Below the pieces are notes generated by a model that was not told the DNA's origin, searched no databases, and was given only the letters and a program-made list of their open reading frames with translations. A stretch of 19,623 bases of DNA from Cyanobacteria bacterium J06626_4 (lineage in GTDB: Bacteria > Cyanobacteriota > Cyanobacteriia > Phormidesmidales > Phormidesmidaceae): assembly GCA_038523235.1 (NCBI GenBank), contig JBCBJQ010000109.1, forward strand, positions 1 through 19,623. The letters run 5' to 3'. Position numbers and translations under genes: made by a program. The first letter of the stretch is position 1. The number at the start of each line of letters is the position of its first letter. Below, piece after piece: positions 8,047 to 17,168 of the stretch.

Positions 8047-9240
8047 TTAAGATTCTGGCAAAATTAGCGGCAAAATCACCGTAAAGGTAGACCCTTGATC
8101 GACTTCAGAAACTAGTTCGATTTGCCCTGCCATCAGATTGACAATACTGCGAACAATGGCTAAGCCTAATCCAGTGCCCGCGATCGCTCGGGTTTGCGAA
8201 CTAGAGCGAGCGTATGGATCAAAAATCTGCGATCGGGCGTCTTCTTCAATGCCAATCCCAGTATCCGTCACCTCGATTTCCCAAAATGCGGCATCCCTCT
8301 GGCGACAAACGACTCGGATACTCCCCTCTTCGGTATAACGAATCGCATTACCCACTAAGTTAGTGACCAACTGCTGCACTCGCAGGCGATCGGTCATCGC
8401 CAAAGGCGGCGCCTGGGCAACATCGATCGATAGTTCCAGGTTTTTTTCAGTCGCCAAGGGGTCTAAACCATCTTCAATAATTTCCTGAATTAAGCTCCCG
8501 ACTAACGTTGGGGTAGGATTAAGCGTGATTTGGCCTTGGTTATAGCGGGATATTTCCAGCGTGTCGTTAATAATTTGCAAGAGCTTGCGCCCATTTCTCA
8601 AGACTCGCTCAATCTGATCGAGATTTGTCGTTGTATCTCTTTCATTAAGCTTTTTGCGCTGTTTTTGAAGCAATACACTGGAGTGGCCAATGATCGAGTT
8701 GAGTGGTGTTTTAAGTTCATGGGCCATGTAGGATAAATTGTCTTTATGAACTTGAATGAGGCGAGTCAGCTCTTGGTTGGTCAAAGTCAGCTGCCCCTGC
8801 ATCTGCCTTAACTCAATCAAACGAGATTCGATATAGCTCTCCATACTGGCGGTAATCACTTCATCGAAAACCTGATCAATTAGCCGGACAGATTCTAAGA
8901 CTTCTTTGGCAGAGCCCGACAGTAAGTCAGGTTCAAGGACGAGTAAAACGACTTGGCGAAGGATACGGTACTCCCTCACGATCTCAGCCGTGTCGTAGCC
9001 TTGCTCAGCTCGAACAGTGCCGTGATGTAGGCTTTTATTTTCTAACTCTTCTTCATCACTGGGCAACCGAGGTGAAAGGAGCCCCGCCAACGCCTCAAGC
9101 ACCTTCGGTAGACTATTTCTGACGGACTCATAAGCCAGCTTTTTAGCACTTTCAATTTCTGAGTCTTGATAGACCGCTTCGATCCATCTTCGAGTGATAA
9201 TTTCGACGTTATCTTCTAAAGCTCGACCGAGGTCGTTCAT
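8047..9240 (-). CDS. Soluble sensor histidine kinase (RsbRD-N-like sensor + HisKA + HATPase_c)
   Basis: H-box AHELKTPLNSIIG, N-box NLVGNAIRYT, G1 DTGIGI, F IFDPY, G2 GTGLGL. The N-terminus (I..RW...V, HGTVRAEQGYD..EIVREY..LR) resembles the RsbRD N-terminal domain. No TM segment and no receiver. Confidence 0.9.
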   Translation of the reverse strand: MNDLGRALEDNVEIITRRWIEAVYQDSEIESAKKLAYESVRNSLPKVLEALAGLLSPRLPSDEEELENKSLHHGTVRAEQGYDTAEIVREYRILRQVVLLVLEPDLLSGSAKEVLESVRLIDQVFDEVITASMESYIESRLIELRQMQGQLTLTNQELTRLIQVHKDNLSYMAHELKTPLNSIIGHSSVLLQKQRKKLNERDTTTNLDQIERVLRNGRKLLQIINDTLEISRYNQGQITLNPTPTLVGSLIQEIIEDGLDPLATEKNLELSIDVAQAPPLAMTDRLRVQQLVTNLVGNAIRYTEEGSIRVVCRQRDAAFWEIEVTDTGIGIEEDARSQIFDPYARSSSQTRAIAGTGLGLAIVRSIVNLMAGQIELVSEVDQGSTFTVILPLILPES

Positions 9241-9532
9241 ATTGCTGTGCCACTTTGAGCGAGGAATATTGCCGCTTAATTAACAGGCCAAAATCCTAAT
9301 GGAGATGAAGGCCGAGCAATGATACTTTCGATGGGCGATGCTAACGCCATAAGCGTAGCCCGGCCCTCAGGCGATCGCGCCTGGGCAATGGTTAGAGGCT
9401 TTGCTCACTGTAGGGCAGAATGAGGACTTTAAGCATTTTGTCAGTAAATTTAGGGGCTCAGCCGATCACGGCGAAAACTGCCATAATGCGTTCGAACCAG
9501 GTCAGATGGTGAAAACCACCGGAAAGCGATGT

Positions 9533-9607
9533 CCTACCCTAGGACAAATGTTTGCCAGCCGCATCTATCTTACGGGGTATCACTGTCAACATTTACCCGC
9601 CGGTGAT
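9533..9607 (-). promoter_or_regulatory. Cluster of 7-2-7 boxes with -10 facing the kinase gene
   Basis: TCTATCT-TA-CGGGGTA (9564-9579), 22 nt, TAGGGT (9541-9536); further boxes CCTACCC-TA-GGACAAA (9533-9548, overlapping the -10) and weak TTTACCC-GC-CGGTGAT (9592-9607). Confidence 0.5.
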
Positions 9608-9795
9608 GAAAGTGAGGGGATAGCGACGGTGACTCGATCTGTGCGAACAAGTCGGTCGATTAGCCTAAGCGTAAACTAATGTACACAACTAAGAAAGTGA
9701 TGTCTGCATAACTAGCTCAGAGTGCCTCATCTCAACTTTCTAGGCTGAATAAAACGCCGCTATCGGTTACTTTTGATTTTTTCGCCCACAGCGCC

Positions 9796-9829
9796 AAGAG
9801 CCGACTACTTGTCAAAGTAATCGGCTCTT
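9796..9829. terminator. Hairpin downstream of the 70-aa ORF
   Basis: AAGAGCCGACTACTT-gtca-AAGTAATCGGCTCTT, 15-bp arms with one mismatch (G-U pair on the minus strand). Confidence 0.6.
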
Positions 9830-9907
9830 TGGTAACTCAATCTCTTTAAACTAGCTTTAGTTAAAAGCTGCTGCTGCCAGAGTAAGGGCTCTTTGGGGAC
9901 GACCGCT

Positions 9908-10120
9908 CTACAATTCAGACTGAGCCGAGTCGGCATTCAGTTCCCAGCGCTGTTCATCCCGCTGATCTAGCTTTTCTTTGGTGGCGATCGCTTCTGCCTC
10001 GGCCAGCTCAACACCTACTTGCTGACCTAAGCTATCCGCATTGTCTCTTTCTGGTAAGGGGTTGGCATTGCCAGCAACTGCACCCTTGCCGTCGTAAGCA
10101 GAATTTTTACCGTGAGTCAT
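9908..10120 (-). CDS. Small acidic protein, DUF6335-like
   Basis: 70 aa from ATG 10120; DSLGQQVGV...EKLDQRDEQRWELNADSA resembles the C-terminal motif of DUF6335 as I recall it. Confidence 0.7.
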   Translation of the reverse strand: MTHGKNSAYDGKGAVAGNANPLPERDNADSLGQQVGVELAEAEAIATKEKLDQRDEQRWELNADSAQSEL

Positions 10121-10160
10121 CCTTTGCATCCTAACTAAAACTTGCACTGCATTAACAATG

Positions 10161-10204
10161 ACTTTATGCCGTTTGTCTGATCAATTCATCCCGCAAATGG
10201 CATA
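10161..10204 (-). promoter_or_regulatory. Weak 7-2-7 box + N22 + -10
   Basis: TCCCGCA-AA-TGGCATA (10189-10204, 7/14 matches), 22 nt, TAAAGT (10166-10161); the box was located partly by working back from the -10. Confidence 0.35.
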
Positions 10205-10299
10205 AATATGTGCCCTTCAACCGATGGTGCTGAGGCCGTGTTTTCATTTGGGTAGCAGTACAGCGCTGTCAGCTTAATCAGACTTGATCCAGCAGTTTC

Positions 10300-10368
10300 A
10301 CCTCCTGCAGGCAAAACATAAAACTCCTCACCCAGATAGAGGACTCTAAGTTTGTGAAAGCATAGTCT
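10300..10368 (+). promoter_or_regulatory. Tandem 7-2-7 boxes + N22 + -10 for the DedA/AI-2E unit
   Basis: ACCTCCT-GC-AGGCAAA (10300-10315), TCCTCAC-CC-AGATAGA (10325-10340), 22 nt, TAGTCT (10363-10368). Confidence 0.65.
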
Positions 10369-10502
10369 GGGGAGGCATTGTTTGTCGGGATGACTGTTTG
10401 AGGGTAGGACTGGGCGCTGATGACTTCAGCGTGAGATTAGGGTTCTATTCAATTTAATCATTCGTATGGGCAGCGCTTGTTAATTGCTATCTTCCGATTG
10501 CT

Positions 10503-11120
10503 ATGGTGTCTTGGATTACTAACTGGCTCGAGTCTCTGGGCTATTTGGGTGTATTTGCGTTCATGGTGTTGGAGCATGTTTTTCCGCCTGTTCCTTCAGC
10601 GCTGGTAATGCCAATGTCTGGGTTCATCAGCAGCCGCAGTTCTGAAATGTCAATTGCTTGGGTTGTTGTTGCTGGCTCACTAGGCTCGCTCGTCGGCACC
10701 CTGTTTTGGTATTACCTGGGGCGACGGATTAGTCGCGAGCAATTGCTGCAGCTGGCCGCTAAATATGGCAAGTGGCTAATGTTGAAACCGCAAGATATCG
10801 AGAAAGCGATTGACTTTTTTCAGCGCAAAGGAGGCAACTGGGTAGTTGGCTTAGGGCAGGTTGTGCCTGGGGTTCGTACCTATGTTGCGGTGCCCGCAGG
10901 TTTGGCCAAAATGCACCTAATACCTTACCTGATTTATTCAGCGATCGGCACCGTGATTTGGACCGCATCATTAGCGATCGCGGGCTACGTCTTAGGCAAT
11001 CGATTTGAAGCAGTGAGTGCATTTATCGCTCCCATCAGCAAAGGGGTTTTGCTGGCTTTAGGATGCGCTGCTGTGGGTTGGGTGGTTTATCGCTGGCGGC
11101 GGCGTCCCCCTTCAGCCTAG
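10503..11120 (+). CDS. DedA family membrane protein
   Basis: LEHVFPPVPS, GSLVGTLFWYYLGR, VPGVRTYVAVPAG..KM and W...L...GY.LG motifs. Confidence 0.92.
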   Translation: MVSWITNWLESLGYLGVFAFMVLEHVFPPVPSALVMPMSGFISSRSSEMSIAWVVVAGSLGSLVGTLFWYYLGRRISREQLLQLAAKYGKWLMLKPQDIEKAIDFFQRKGGNWVVGLGQVVPGVRTYVAVPAGLAKMHLIPYLIYSAIGTVIWTASLAIAGYVLGNRFEAVSAFIAPISKGVLLALGCAAVGWVVYRWRRRPPSA

Positions 11121-11201
11121 CGAACCAGCCGTTAGTCTGAGCTGGGGGTTAGAAGCCTTTGGGAGAGTCAGCCCCCAAGAAACTGAGGTAAAAGAAGACG
11201 C

Positions 11202-12218
11202 GTGAAATACAGTCAGTGGCTGACCCTCATTATCTTAGTGATTTGCCTGTATGTATCCTGGCAAATTCGCACCATTTTGCTACTCGCGTTTGCGGCAGTC
11301 GTATTTGCCGTGGTTTTAAACCGGGCGGTCAGTTTTGTGCAACGTTGGGTGTCGGCTCGCAAGGTTGCTGTGCTGCTCGTTCTCCTAGGTGGATTAATTG
11401 TCTTTGGGACATTTGGCATGCTCATTGTGCCCCCCTTTGGCCGACAGCTGAAAGAACTGATCGAACTCTCACCACAGATAGTTTATCGCCTGCAAATATG
11501 GCTGCAAAACCGCATCATTGAAAATTCTGACTTACCAGACGATTTTCAACTAGTTGAATCACTGTACAACCAGTTGAATAACTTTGATCTAAGGCTGCTT
11601 GTAAATCGTTTCTTTTTAGTTTTTTCGAATACCCTTTCCCTTACGGTCAATGTCTTGTTGGTGCTGGTGGTGATGCTCATGATGCTGCTAAACCCACAGC
11701 CCTATCGGCGACTCTTTAAGGTTATCTTTCCGTCTTCGATGCGTCGCACGGTGGATCAGGTTTTGGATCACTGTGAAGACGCGATCGCCGGCTGGTTTAT
11801 CGGCATTACCTTCAATATGGTGGTCATTGCAGTCATGAGCATGATCGGGCTATGGCTTTTGGGAGTGCCCTTAGTGTTAGCGAACGGTCTGCTGGCAGGG
11901 CTTTTAGCGTTTATCCCCAATATTGGCCCGGTGGTGAGTGTGATTCCCCCCGTGGCGATCGCCCTGCTCGAAGCCCCTTGGAAAGAGATCGCAGTGATCG
12001 GCCTTTATATTTTGATTCAGCAGATCGAAAGCAATCTCCTCACTCCTTTCGTCATGAAGCAGCAGGTAGATCTGCTGCCGGCCATCACGCTCCTTGCCCA
12101 AGTCGTTTTCTCGCTCTTCTTTGGCTTTTTAGGGTTACTCTTAGCATTGCCCCTAGCCCTGACTCTGCAACAGTGGCTGAACGAGTTTTGGGTCAAGCGA
12201 TATGCCGAAGCCCACTGA
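11202..12218 (+). CDS. AI-2E family transporter (UPF0118/PerM)
   Basis: GTG start; LAFIPNIGP, IQQIESNLLTPFVM and FGFLGLLLALP motifs; multiple TM helices. Confidence 0.92.
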   Translation: MKYSQWLTLIILVICLYVSWQIRTILLLAFAAVVFAVVLNRAVSFVQRWVSARKVAVLLVLLGGLIVFGTFGMLIVPPFGRQLKELIELSPQIVYRLQIWLQNRIIENSDLPDDFQLVESLYNQLNNFDLRLLVNRFFLVFSNTLSLTVNVLLVLVVMLMMLLNPQPYRRLFKVIFPSSMRRTVDQVLDHCEDAIAGWFIGITFNMVVIAVMSMIGLWLLGVPLVLANGLLAGLLAFIPNIGPVVSVIPPVAIALLEAPWKEIAVIGLYILIQQIESNLLTPFVMKQQVDLLPAITLLAQVVFSLFFGFLGLLLALPLALTLQQWLNEFWVKRYAEAH

Positions 12219-12345
12219 ATCGCCTCCGACCAGCTCAGCGTCATCAGCCGATAAAATTCATCCGGGTGTAATTTGCCAGGAGCGCGGCTCTACCGGTCTA
12301 TCAGCCATTCCTTAGCCCGGTCTTGGATGCGGCCACTAATTGCAA

Positions 12346-13251
12346 ATGCTTCACTTGGTTCGATCACTAATGCCCACAACCCGCCAATTCATCGCATTTG
12401 CCACCCAGCAAATTACCCAGATTCAACACTGGGTACATCAGTTGTTCACCACCGTCTGGATGCAGCGGCTAATCCGGTTTGGACATGCTGCCAAGGGAGT
12501 CTTGTACGGGGCGATCGGGCTGATTTCGATGCGGTCCGTCATCTACGATAGCGAGTCGGCAGGGGGCAGCGAAGCGGTGATGGCCGCCCTCGACGATCGC
12601 GCCGTGGGCAATGGGGTGCTGCTCTTGTTAGGCATCGGCCTGATCGGATATGCGTTTTGGCGATTTGTGCAGGTGCTGGTTGATCCTGAGCATGCCGATC
12701 AGCCGATGACCCTGCAGCGGATCGCGCAGCGCTGCGGCTATGCCTGTAGCGGTTTAACCTATTTGGGGGTGGGCTATAGCGCCGAACGTTTGGCCATTGG
12801 CCTGACGGTCGATTTTGACGACACCGCCGAAGAGATTGCCGAAACCCTGTTTGAAGTGCCGATTGGGGCATGGGTCTTGTTTGCCAGCGGGGTGGGCGTG
12901 ATGGGCATCGGGCTCATTTACGTCTACGGGGCCTACTCCGGCAGCTTTATTAGCAACTTTCAAACCAAGCTTTATTCGGCGGCCAAGCGCTTGACAGTTT
13001 TTATGGGCAAGTTGGGATACACCGCCAGAGGAGTCAGTTTTGTCTTGATTGGCGCGTATTTAATTAAGGCGGCTTACTTTTTGGATGACGAAGCAGCAGG
13101 TGGTTTGGGCCAAGTGCTCGATCGCTTAGACGATGTGCGCTTTGGCAAAATTTGGCTGACCGCGATCGCCTTTGGCTTTTTTGCCTACGCGATTTATATG
13201 CTTATGGCCGCTTTGTACCGCAAGTTCCCGACCCTCAACCACAAACCGTGA
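12346..13251 (+). CDS. DUF1206 domain-containing membrane protein (second paralogue)
   Basis: RFGHAAKGVLY, GYAFWRFVQ, KLGYTARG repeats; start uncertain (in-frame ATGs at 12346, 12370 and 12460). Confidence 0.85.
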   Translation: MLHLVRSLMPTTRQFIAFATQQITQIQHWVHQLFTTVWMQRLIRFGHAAKGVLYGAIGLISMRSVIYDSESAGGSEAVMAALDDRAVGNGVLLLLGIGLIGYAFWRFVQVLVDPEHADQPMTLQRIAQRCGYACSGLTYLGVGYSAERLAIGLTVDFDDTAEEIAETLFEVPIGAWVLFASGVGVMGIGLIYVYGAYSGSFISNFQTKLYSAAKRLTVFMGKLGYTARGVSFVLIGAYLIKAAYFLDDEAAGGLGQVLDRLDDVRFGKIWLTAIAFGFFAYAIYMLMAALYRKFPTLNHKP

Positions 13252-13289
13252 ACCTTGACCCCGAGCTGTCGCTAATCGTGCACGTATTT

Positions 13290-13322
13290 ATGGCTGGGTT
13301 TAGCACTGCCAAACCCAGCCAT
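13290..13322. terminator. Hairpin between convergent genes
   Basis: ATGGCTGGGTTT-agcactgcc-AAACCCAGCCAT, 12-bp perfect arms. Confidence 0.7.
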
Positions 13323-13348
13323 CAGGACAGCTATTCGGGGCAACTCCG

Positions 13349-14218
13349 TTAACTAGAGGTGAGGCCGCCAGCAACGTCTAGCAGTGCCCCTGTCACAAAG
13401 CTGCTGTCTTGAGCAGCCATATAGACGTAGGCCGGTGCCAATTCTTCCGGTTGAGCGGCTCGGTTCATTGCGACATCGGTATCAAAGTTCCCCACCTTTT
13501 CCTCAGGCATAGTCGCTGGAATATTGGGAGTCCATACGGGGCCAGGAACCACAGCGTTTACGCGAATTTCCCGTTCGGCTAGATTCAAAGCGAGGGATTT
13601 AGTGAAGGTGTGCACGGCCCCTTTGCTAGCGGCGTAATCCACCAACATGCCTTTGCCGACTTTGCCGACAATGCTGCCGGTGTTGATGATGACGTCACCC
13701 GCTTTGAGATGAGGCAGGGCCGCTTTGACCATATAAAAGTAACCAAAGACATTCGTTTCCATCGTCCGCCGAAACTGCTCTGGGGAGATGTCCTCAAATT
13801 TCTTTTGAGTCATCTGGTAAGCGGCGTTGTTGACCAAAATGTTGAGCTGGCCCAGTTCATCGACGGTTTTATTGACTGCCGCCTGACAGGCATCAAACTC
13901 ACGCACGTCAAATTTAAGGGCTAAGCATTTACGACCGAGTGCCGTCACTTTGTTGTAAGTGATTTCGGCATCGCTATCGTTCTCGTTATAGAGAATGGCG
14001 ACATCAGCCCCTTCCATGGCATAGGCGATCGCAACGGCCCGACCAATGCCCGAGTCCCCACCGGTAATCAGGGCGACTTTACCCTGGAGCTTGTTAGCAG
14101 GCTGATAGTTAGACAAATCACTATCGGGCGCGGGGACCATATCTGACTGTTTCGCCGGATATTCGAGCTGCTGAGCCGGAATTTCATCCGGGGTAGGACG
14201 GCGTTCTTGAGTTTGCAT
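13349..14218 (-). CDS. SDR oxidoreductase, YdaD/YhdF/YghA (general stress protein 39)-like
   Basis: N-terminal PAQQ..P..Q..M.P.P extension, TGGDSGIGRA, NNAAYQ, DYAASKG and PGPVWTP. Confidence 0.92.
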   Translation of the reverse strand: MQTQERRPTPDEIPAQQLEYPAKQSDMVPAPDSDLSNYQPANKLQGKVALITGGDSGIGRAVAIAYAMEGADVAILYNENDSDAEITYNKVTALGRKCLALKFDVREFDACQAAVNKTVDELGQLNILVNNAAYQMTQKKFEDISPEQFRRTMETNVFGYFYMVKAALPHLKAGDVIINTGSIVGKVGKGMLVDYAASKGAVHTFTKSLALNLAEREIRVNAVVPGPVWTPNIPATMPEEKVGNFDTDVAMNRAAQPEELAPAYVYMAAQDSSFVTGALLDVAGGLTSS

Positions 14219-14415
14219 AATCTTTCCGTAAATGAACTGTTGAAGATGCGAGGGCAGTAGCGGCTAGCCAGACGATCGACGGCAAAGGGATTCGGTTCAA
14301 GGAATCAAGGCGTTCTGCGGCGCTTTCAATCCAGGAACTGCGATCAAACATGGCTAACGCATTAATCGCGAGAGACGCTAGTTTTTGCCCACGGTTAGCC
14401 GGCGGGGGATACGGC

Positions 14416-15219
14416 CTACAGGCTAATACTGGCCACCGAGCCGCCATCGACCCGATAGTTTGCCCCCACCACAAAGCTCGATAGTTGAGAGCAGAGGAAC
14501 GTAATCACAGCCGCAACTTCCTGCGCTTTGCCCCGGCGCTGCAGTTCTAAATGCGGGCGTTTTTCTTTGAGGAAGGTGGCGATCGCGTCATCAAAACTCA
14601 TCCCCAGTTTGTCCGCCCGCTGCTCCATCATGGCGTCGGTCATCGGGGTTGCGATAAAGGCGGGTGAGACCGAGTTCACCAGCACCCCATCCTGGGCATA
14701 GGCTTTGGAAAGATTCTTGGCAAAATTCAACAGGCCCGCTTTGGCGGCACAGTAGGGCATCTCGTCGGTGTAGGGCTGCACAGCATCTTCTGAAGTCACT
14801 AGCACGACCCGGCCCCAACCAGACTTTTGCATGATAGGAATAAAGGTGCGGCACACCCGGACGGCACCCATCAGATCAACCTCGATCGCTTCCTGCCAGT
14901 CGTCATCACTAATTTCCAGAAAGTCGCCAGTCGCCCCGGTAATGCCCGCACAGTTGACCACCATATTCACCGTGCCGTAGTGTTCCACAATCTGGTCACG
15001 AGCGGCTTCAACTTCATACAGGTGGCGGAGATCAGCCTTCACCGCCAAGGCCTCGCCCACTGTGCTGACCTCTTCTACGGTTGCTTGCAGCTGTTCAGTT
15101 GTTTTGTCGAGCAGGGCAATTTTCACCCCTTCATCGGCTAACAGTTTCGCCGTGGCGCGACCCATGCCTGAGTCACCGCCGGTAATCAGCGCGACCTTGC
15201 CTTTAATTCCGAGTTCCAT
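14416..15219 (-). CDS. SDR family NAD(P)-dependent oxidoreductase
   Basis: TGGDSGMG, NCAG, YCAAK, VDGG; GAGGT RBS. Confidence 0.92.
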   Translation of the reverse strand: MELGIKGKVALITGGDSGMGRATAKLLADEGVKIALLDKTTEQLQATVEEVSTVGEALAVKADLRHLYEVEAARDQIVEHYGTVNMVVNCAGITGATGDFLEISDDDWQEAIEVDLMGAVRVCRTFIPIMQKSGWGRVVLVTSEDAVQPYTDEMPYCAAKAGLLNFAKNLSKAYAQDGVLVNSVSPAFIATPMTDAMMEQRADKLGMSFDDAIATFLKEKRPHLELQRRGKAQEVAAVITFLCSQLSSFVVGANYRVDGGSVASISL

Positions 15220-15243
15220 ACCGTTACCTCACCATACCGATTT

Positions 15244-15310
15244 AAGTTAATGAACGGTGACCGGCAATTGCTCTACCGTTGTGTAGAAGCTGGGCTAGCC
15301 CCGAGAAAGA
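15244..15310 (-). promoter_or_regulatory. 7-2-7 box + N22 + -10 for the SDR pair
   Basis: TCTACCG-TT-GTGTAGA (15272-15287), 22 nt, TAACTT (15249-15244); second weak box CTAGCCC-CG-AGAAAGA (15295-15310). Confidence 0.7.
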
Positions 15311-15413
15311 TTTGCGAGCAGAAGGCCAGACAGAGCGCCAGCGCATTCGCTATCGCCGCCCCGATGGCGTGATCATTGCAGCCCCCAAGTGCCCGCTGCT
15401 TCCAGCAACCGGC

Positions 15414-16892
15414 TTAGGTTTGAGGCACCCAAACCGAGACTGACCTGGCTTCGCACCGAAATTCGGCCCAGCCTTCCGCATTCGTCGTGATGGAGTCAGG
15501 CACGTGTTCGGTAATGTCGATGTATGTCTGATTAGGCTGTCCTGTTTCCATCCACTTAAAGCCGCGATCGCCATTGCTTAAAAGCACCGCCATACCCCCC
15601 GGCTGGTCGGCATCGCCTAACCGAGTCCAGCCGATAGTTTGAGGATGATCGAGATAGTCGTATTGCTCACCATAGGCGGAGGTTTGCCGGACGTGTAAAA
15701 ACTTGTCGATCAGCCATTGATGACTGTCGAGCCAGATTTCGTACTCGTTGCCGTTGTTACCGACATCGGTATAGTGCGCCCCATAATAATCGGCATAAAA
15801 AATGCAGGGGTAGCCATCTTGGCGCAGCAAGATCAGCGCATAAGCCAATGGCTTAAACCACGGTTCGACCACTGACTCTAAGGCTTGCAGCGGTTGCGAA
15901 TCGTGGTTGTCAACCAGCGTCACCGCTAAGGCTGGCTGCTGCTGGACTAAAGTATTGTCAAAAATTTGTCGTAGGTCGTAGTCGCCCCCGGCCTTGCTGG
16001 CTTGCCTAAAGTTGTAGTGCAGCGGCGCATCAAACAGATGCACATCCCCGCCCGTGACATCAATGAAGTGATGGAGCGCTTCAATCTCGTAGGACCAATA
16101 CTCCCCCACAGCAAACAGGCGCTTGCCTGACTCGCGGCGACAGTGATTGAGCCATTGTGGAAAAAAGCCTGCTTTGACATGCTTCACAGCGTCAAAACGA
16201 AAGCCATCAACATCGGTGGTGTCAACGTACCAGGTGCCCCAGTCGTTCAGCGCCGTGCGCACCTCCTCTGATTCCATGTCGAGGTCACAGCCCATAAGGT
16301 AGTCAAAGGCTCCCTTTTCCAGATCAACGTTGTCATCAAACGACTTGTCTTGCAGCAGATAAACCGCGTTGAAGTCAGGGTCGTGTTCGTTGTAATCCAC
16401 CGCGTCAAAATGCCACCAATGCCATTCCATGTCGCTGTATTTGCGATCGCGCCCGGCAAATTTAAAGTGCGTCCACACTTTGGCAGTTCGCGGTTCGCCA
16501 ATGGCCTCTCCGCGATTGTCGGGATTGAAAGGGGTGGCCTCAACTTCTTCCGGTGCGTCGCCGCCCAGCATGTGGTTAAACACCACGTCGGCATACACGC
16601 GGATGCCAGCATTTTGAGCCTGTTTGACCGCGTTCAAATATTCATCTTTGGTGCCGTACTTGGTGCGGATGCTACTCTTTTGATCAAACTCTCCTAAGTC
16701 ATAAAGATCGTAAACGCCATACCCGACATCCAGACCGCCGCCAGTACCTTTGTAAGCCGGAGGCAGCCACAGCGAAGTCACACCCTTCTGAGCTAGCTCT
16801 CTAGCATTCTCAGTCAACTCATTCCACAAAGTGCCGTCGGATGATGTGTACCAGTGAAAGTACTGCATCATCACGCCATTCAGTTCAGACAT
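15414..16892 (-). CDS. amyA: Cytoplasmic alpha-amylase (GH13, AmyA type)
   Basis: MMQYFHWY, WLPPAYKG, DVVFNH, catalytic GFRFDAVKH, VGEYW and VDNHD; no signal peptide. Confidence 0.95.
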   Translation of the reverse strand: MSELNGVMMQYFHWYTSSDGTLWNELTENARELAQKGVTSLWLPPAYKGTGGGLDVGYGVYDLYDLGEFDQKSSIRTKYGTKDEYLNAVKQAQNAGIRVYADVVFNHMLGGDAPEEVEATPFNPDNRGEAIGEPRTAKVWTHFKFAGRDRKYSDMEWHWWHFDAVDYNEHDPDFNAVYLLQDKSFDDNVDLEKGAFDYLMGCDLDMESEEVRTALNDWGTWYVDTTDVDGFRFDAVKHVKAGFFPQWLNHCRRESGKRLFAVGEYWSYEIEALHHFIDVTGGDVHLFDAPLHYNFRQASKAGGDYDLRQIFDNTLVQQQPALAVTLVDNHDSQPLQALESVVEPWFKPLAYALILLRQDGYPCIFYADYYGAHYTDVGNNGNEYEIWLDSHQWLIDKFLHVRQTSAYGEQYDYLDHPQTIGWTRLGDADQPGGMAVLLSNGDRGFKWMETGQPNQTYIDITEHVPDSITTNAEGWAEFRCEARSVSVWVPQT

Positions 16893-16931
16893 GCTTCAAA
16901 AGTCTCCGCCGTTTACAGGCACAACTAGATT

Positions 16932-16975
16932 AAAGTGACAGACGATTCAGCAAATTTCGCCCTGCTTGAGATAGA
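16932..16975 (-). promoter_or_regulatory. 7-2-7 box + N22 + candidate -10 for the amylase
   Basis: CCCTGCT-TG-AGATAGA (16960-16975), 22 nt, CACTTT (16937-16932); alternative TAATCT 5 nt further on. Confidence 0.55.
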
Positions 16976-17071
16976 TCTCGTGAATTCATTCAGTGAAGCA
17001 TCTTGAACACTCAGCCAAAGGCCTGAAGGCGATATTTCAGGACAGTTCAAAACCGACTTAGCTACGCTTTC

Positions 17072-17138
17072 TATGTCTTGAGATAGATGCTTTCAACCAC
17101 CTTTGATAGATGTTTCTCTGCGCTCATTCAGGCAATCT
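17072..17138 (+). promoter_or_regulatory. Tandem 7-2-7 boxes + N22 + -10 for psb35
   Basis: TATGTCT-TG-AGATAGA (17072-17087), AACCACC-TT-TGATAGA (17095-17110), 22 nt, CAATCT (17133-17138). Confidence 0.65.
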
Positions 17139-17168
17139 TACTACTGTAGATAAATTGAAAGTTCAGGT

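Noticed and set aside
9401..9679. 92-aa plus-strand ORF
   Set aside because: TTG start, no recognisable homology, and it runs across the box cluster; more likely spurious.
12289..12340. Half-boxes TCTACCG (12289) and TCTATCA (12297) before the second DUF1206 gene
   Set aside because: The right half-sites do not match and there is no (T/C)AnnnT at spacer 22, so they are not counted.
14184..14474. 96-aa ORF bridging the two SDR genes
   Set aside because: Overlaps both genes out of frame, with no recognisable motif.
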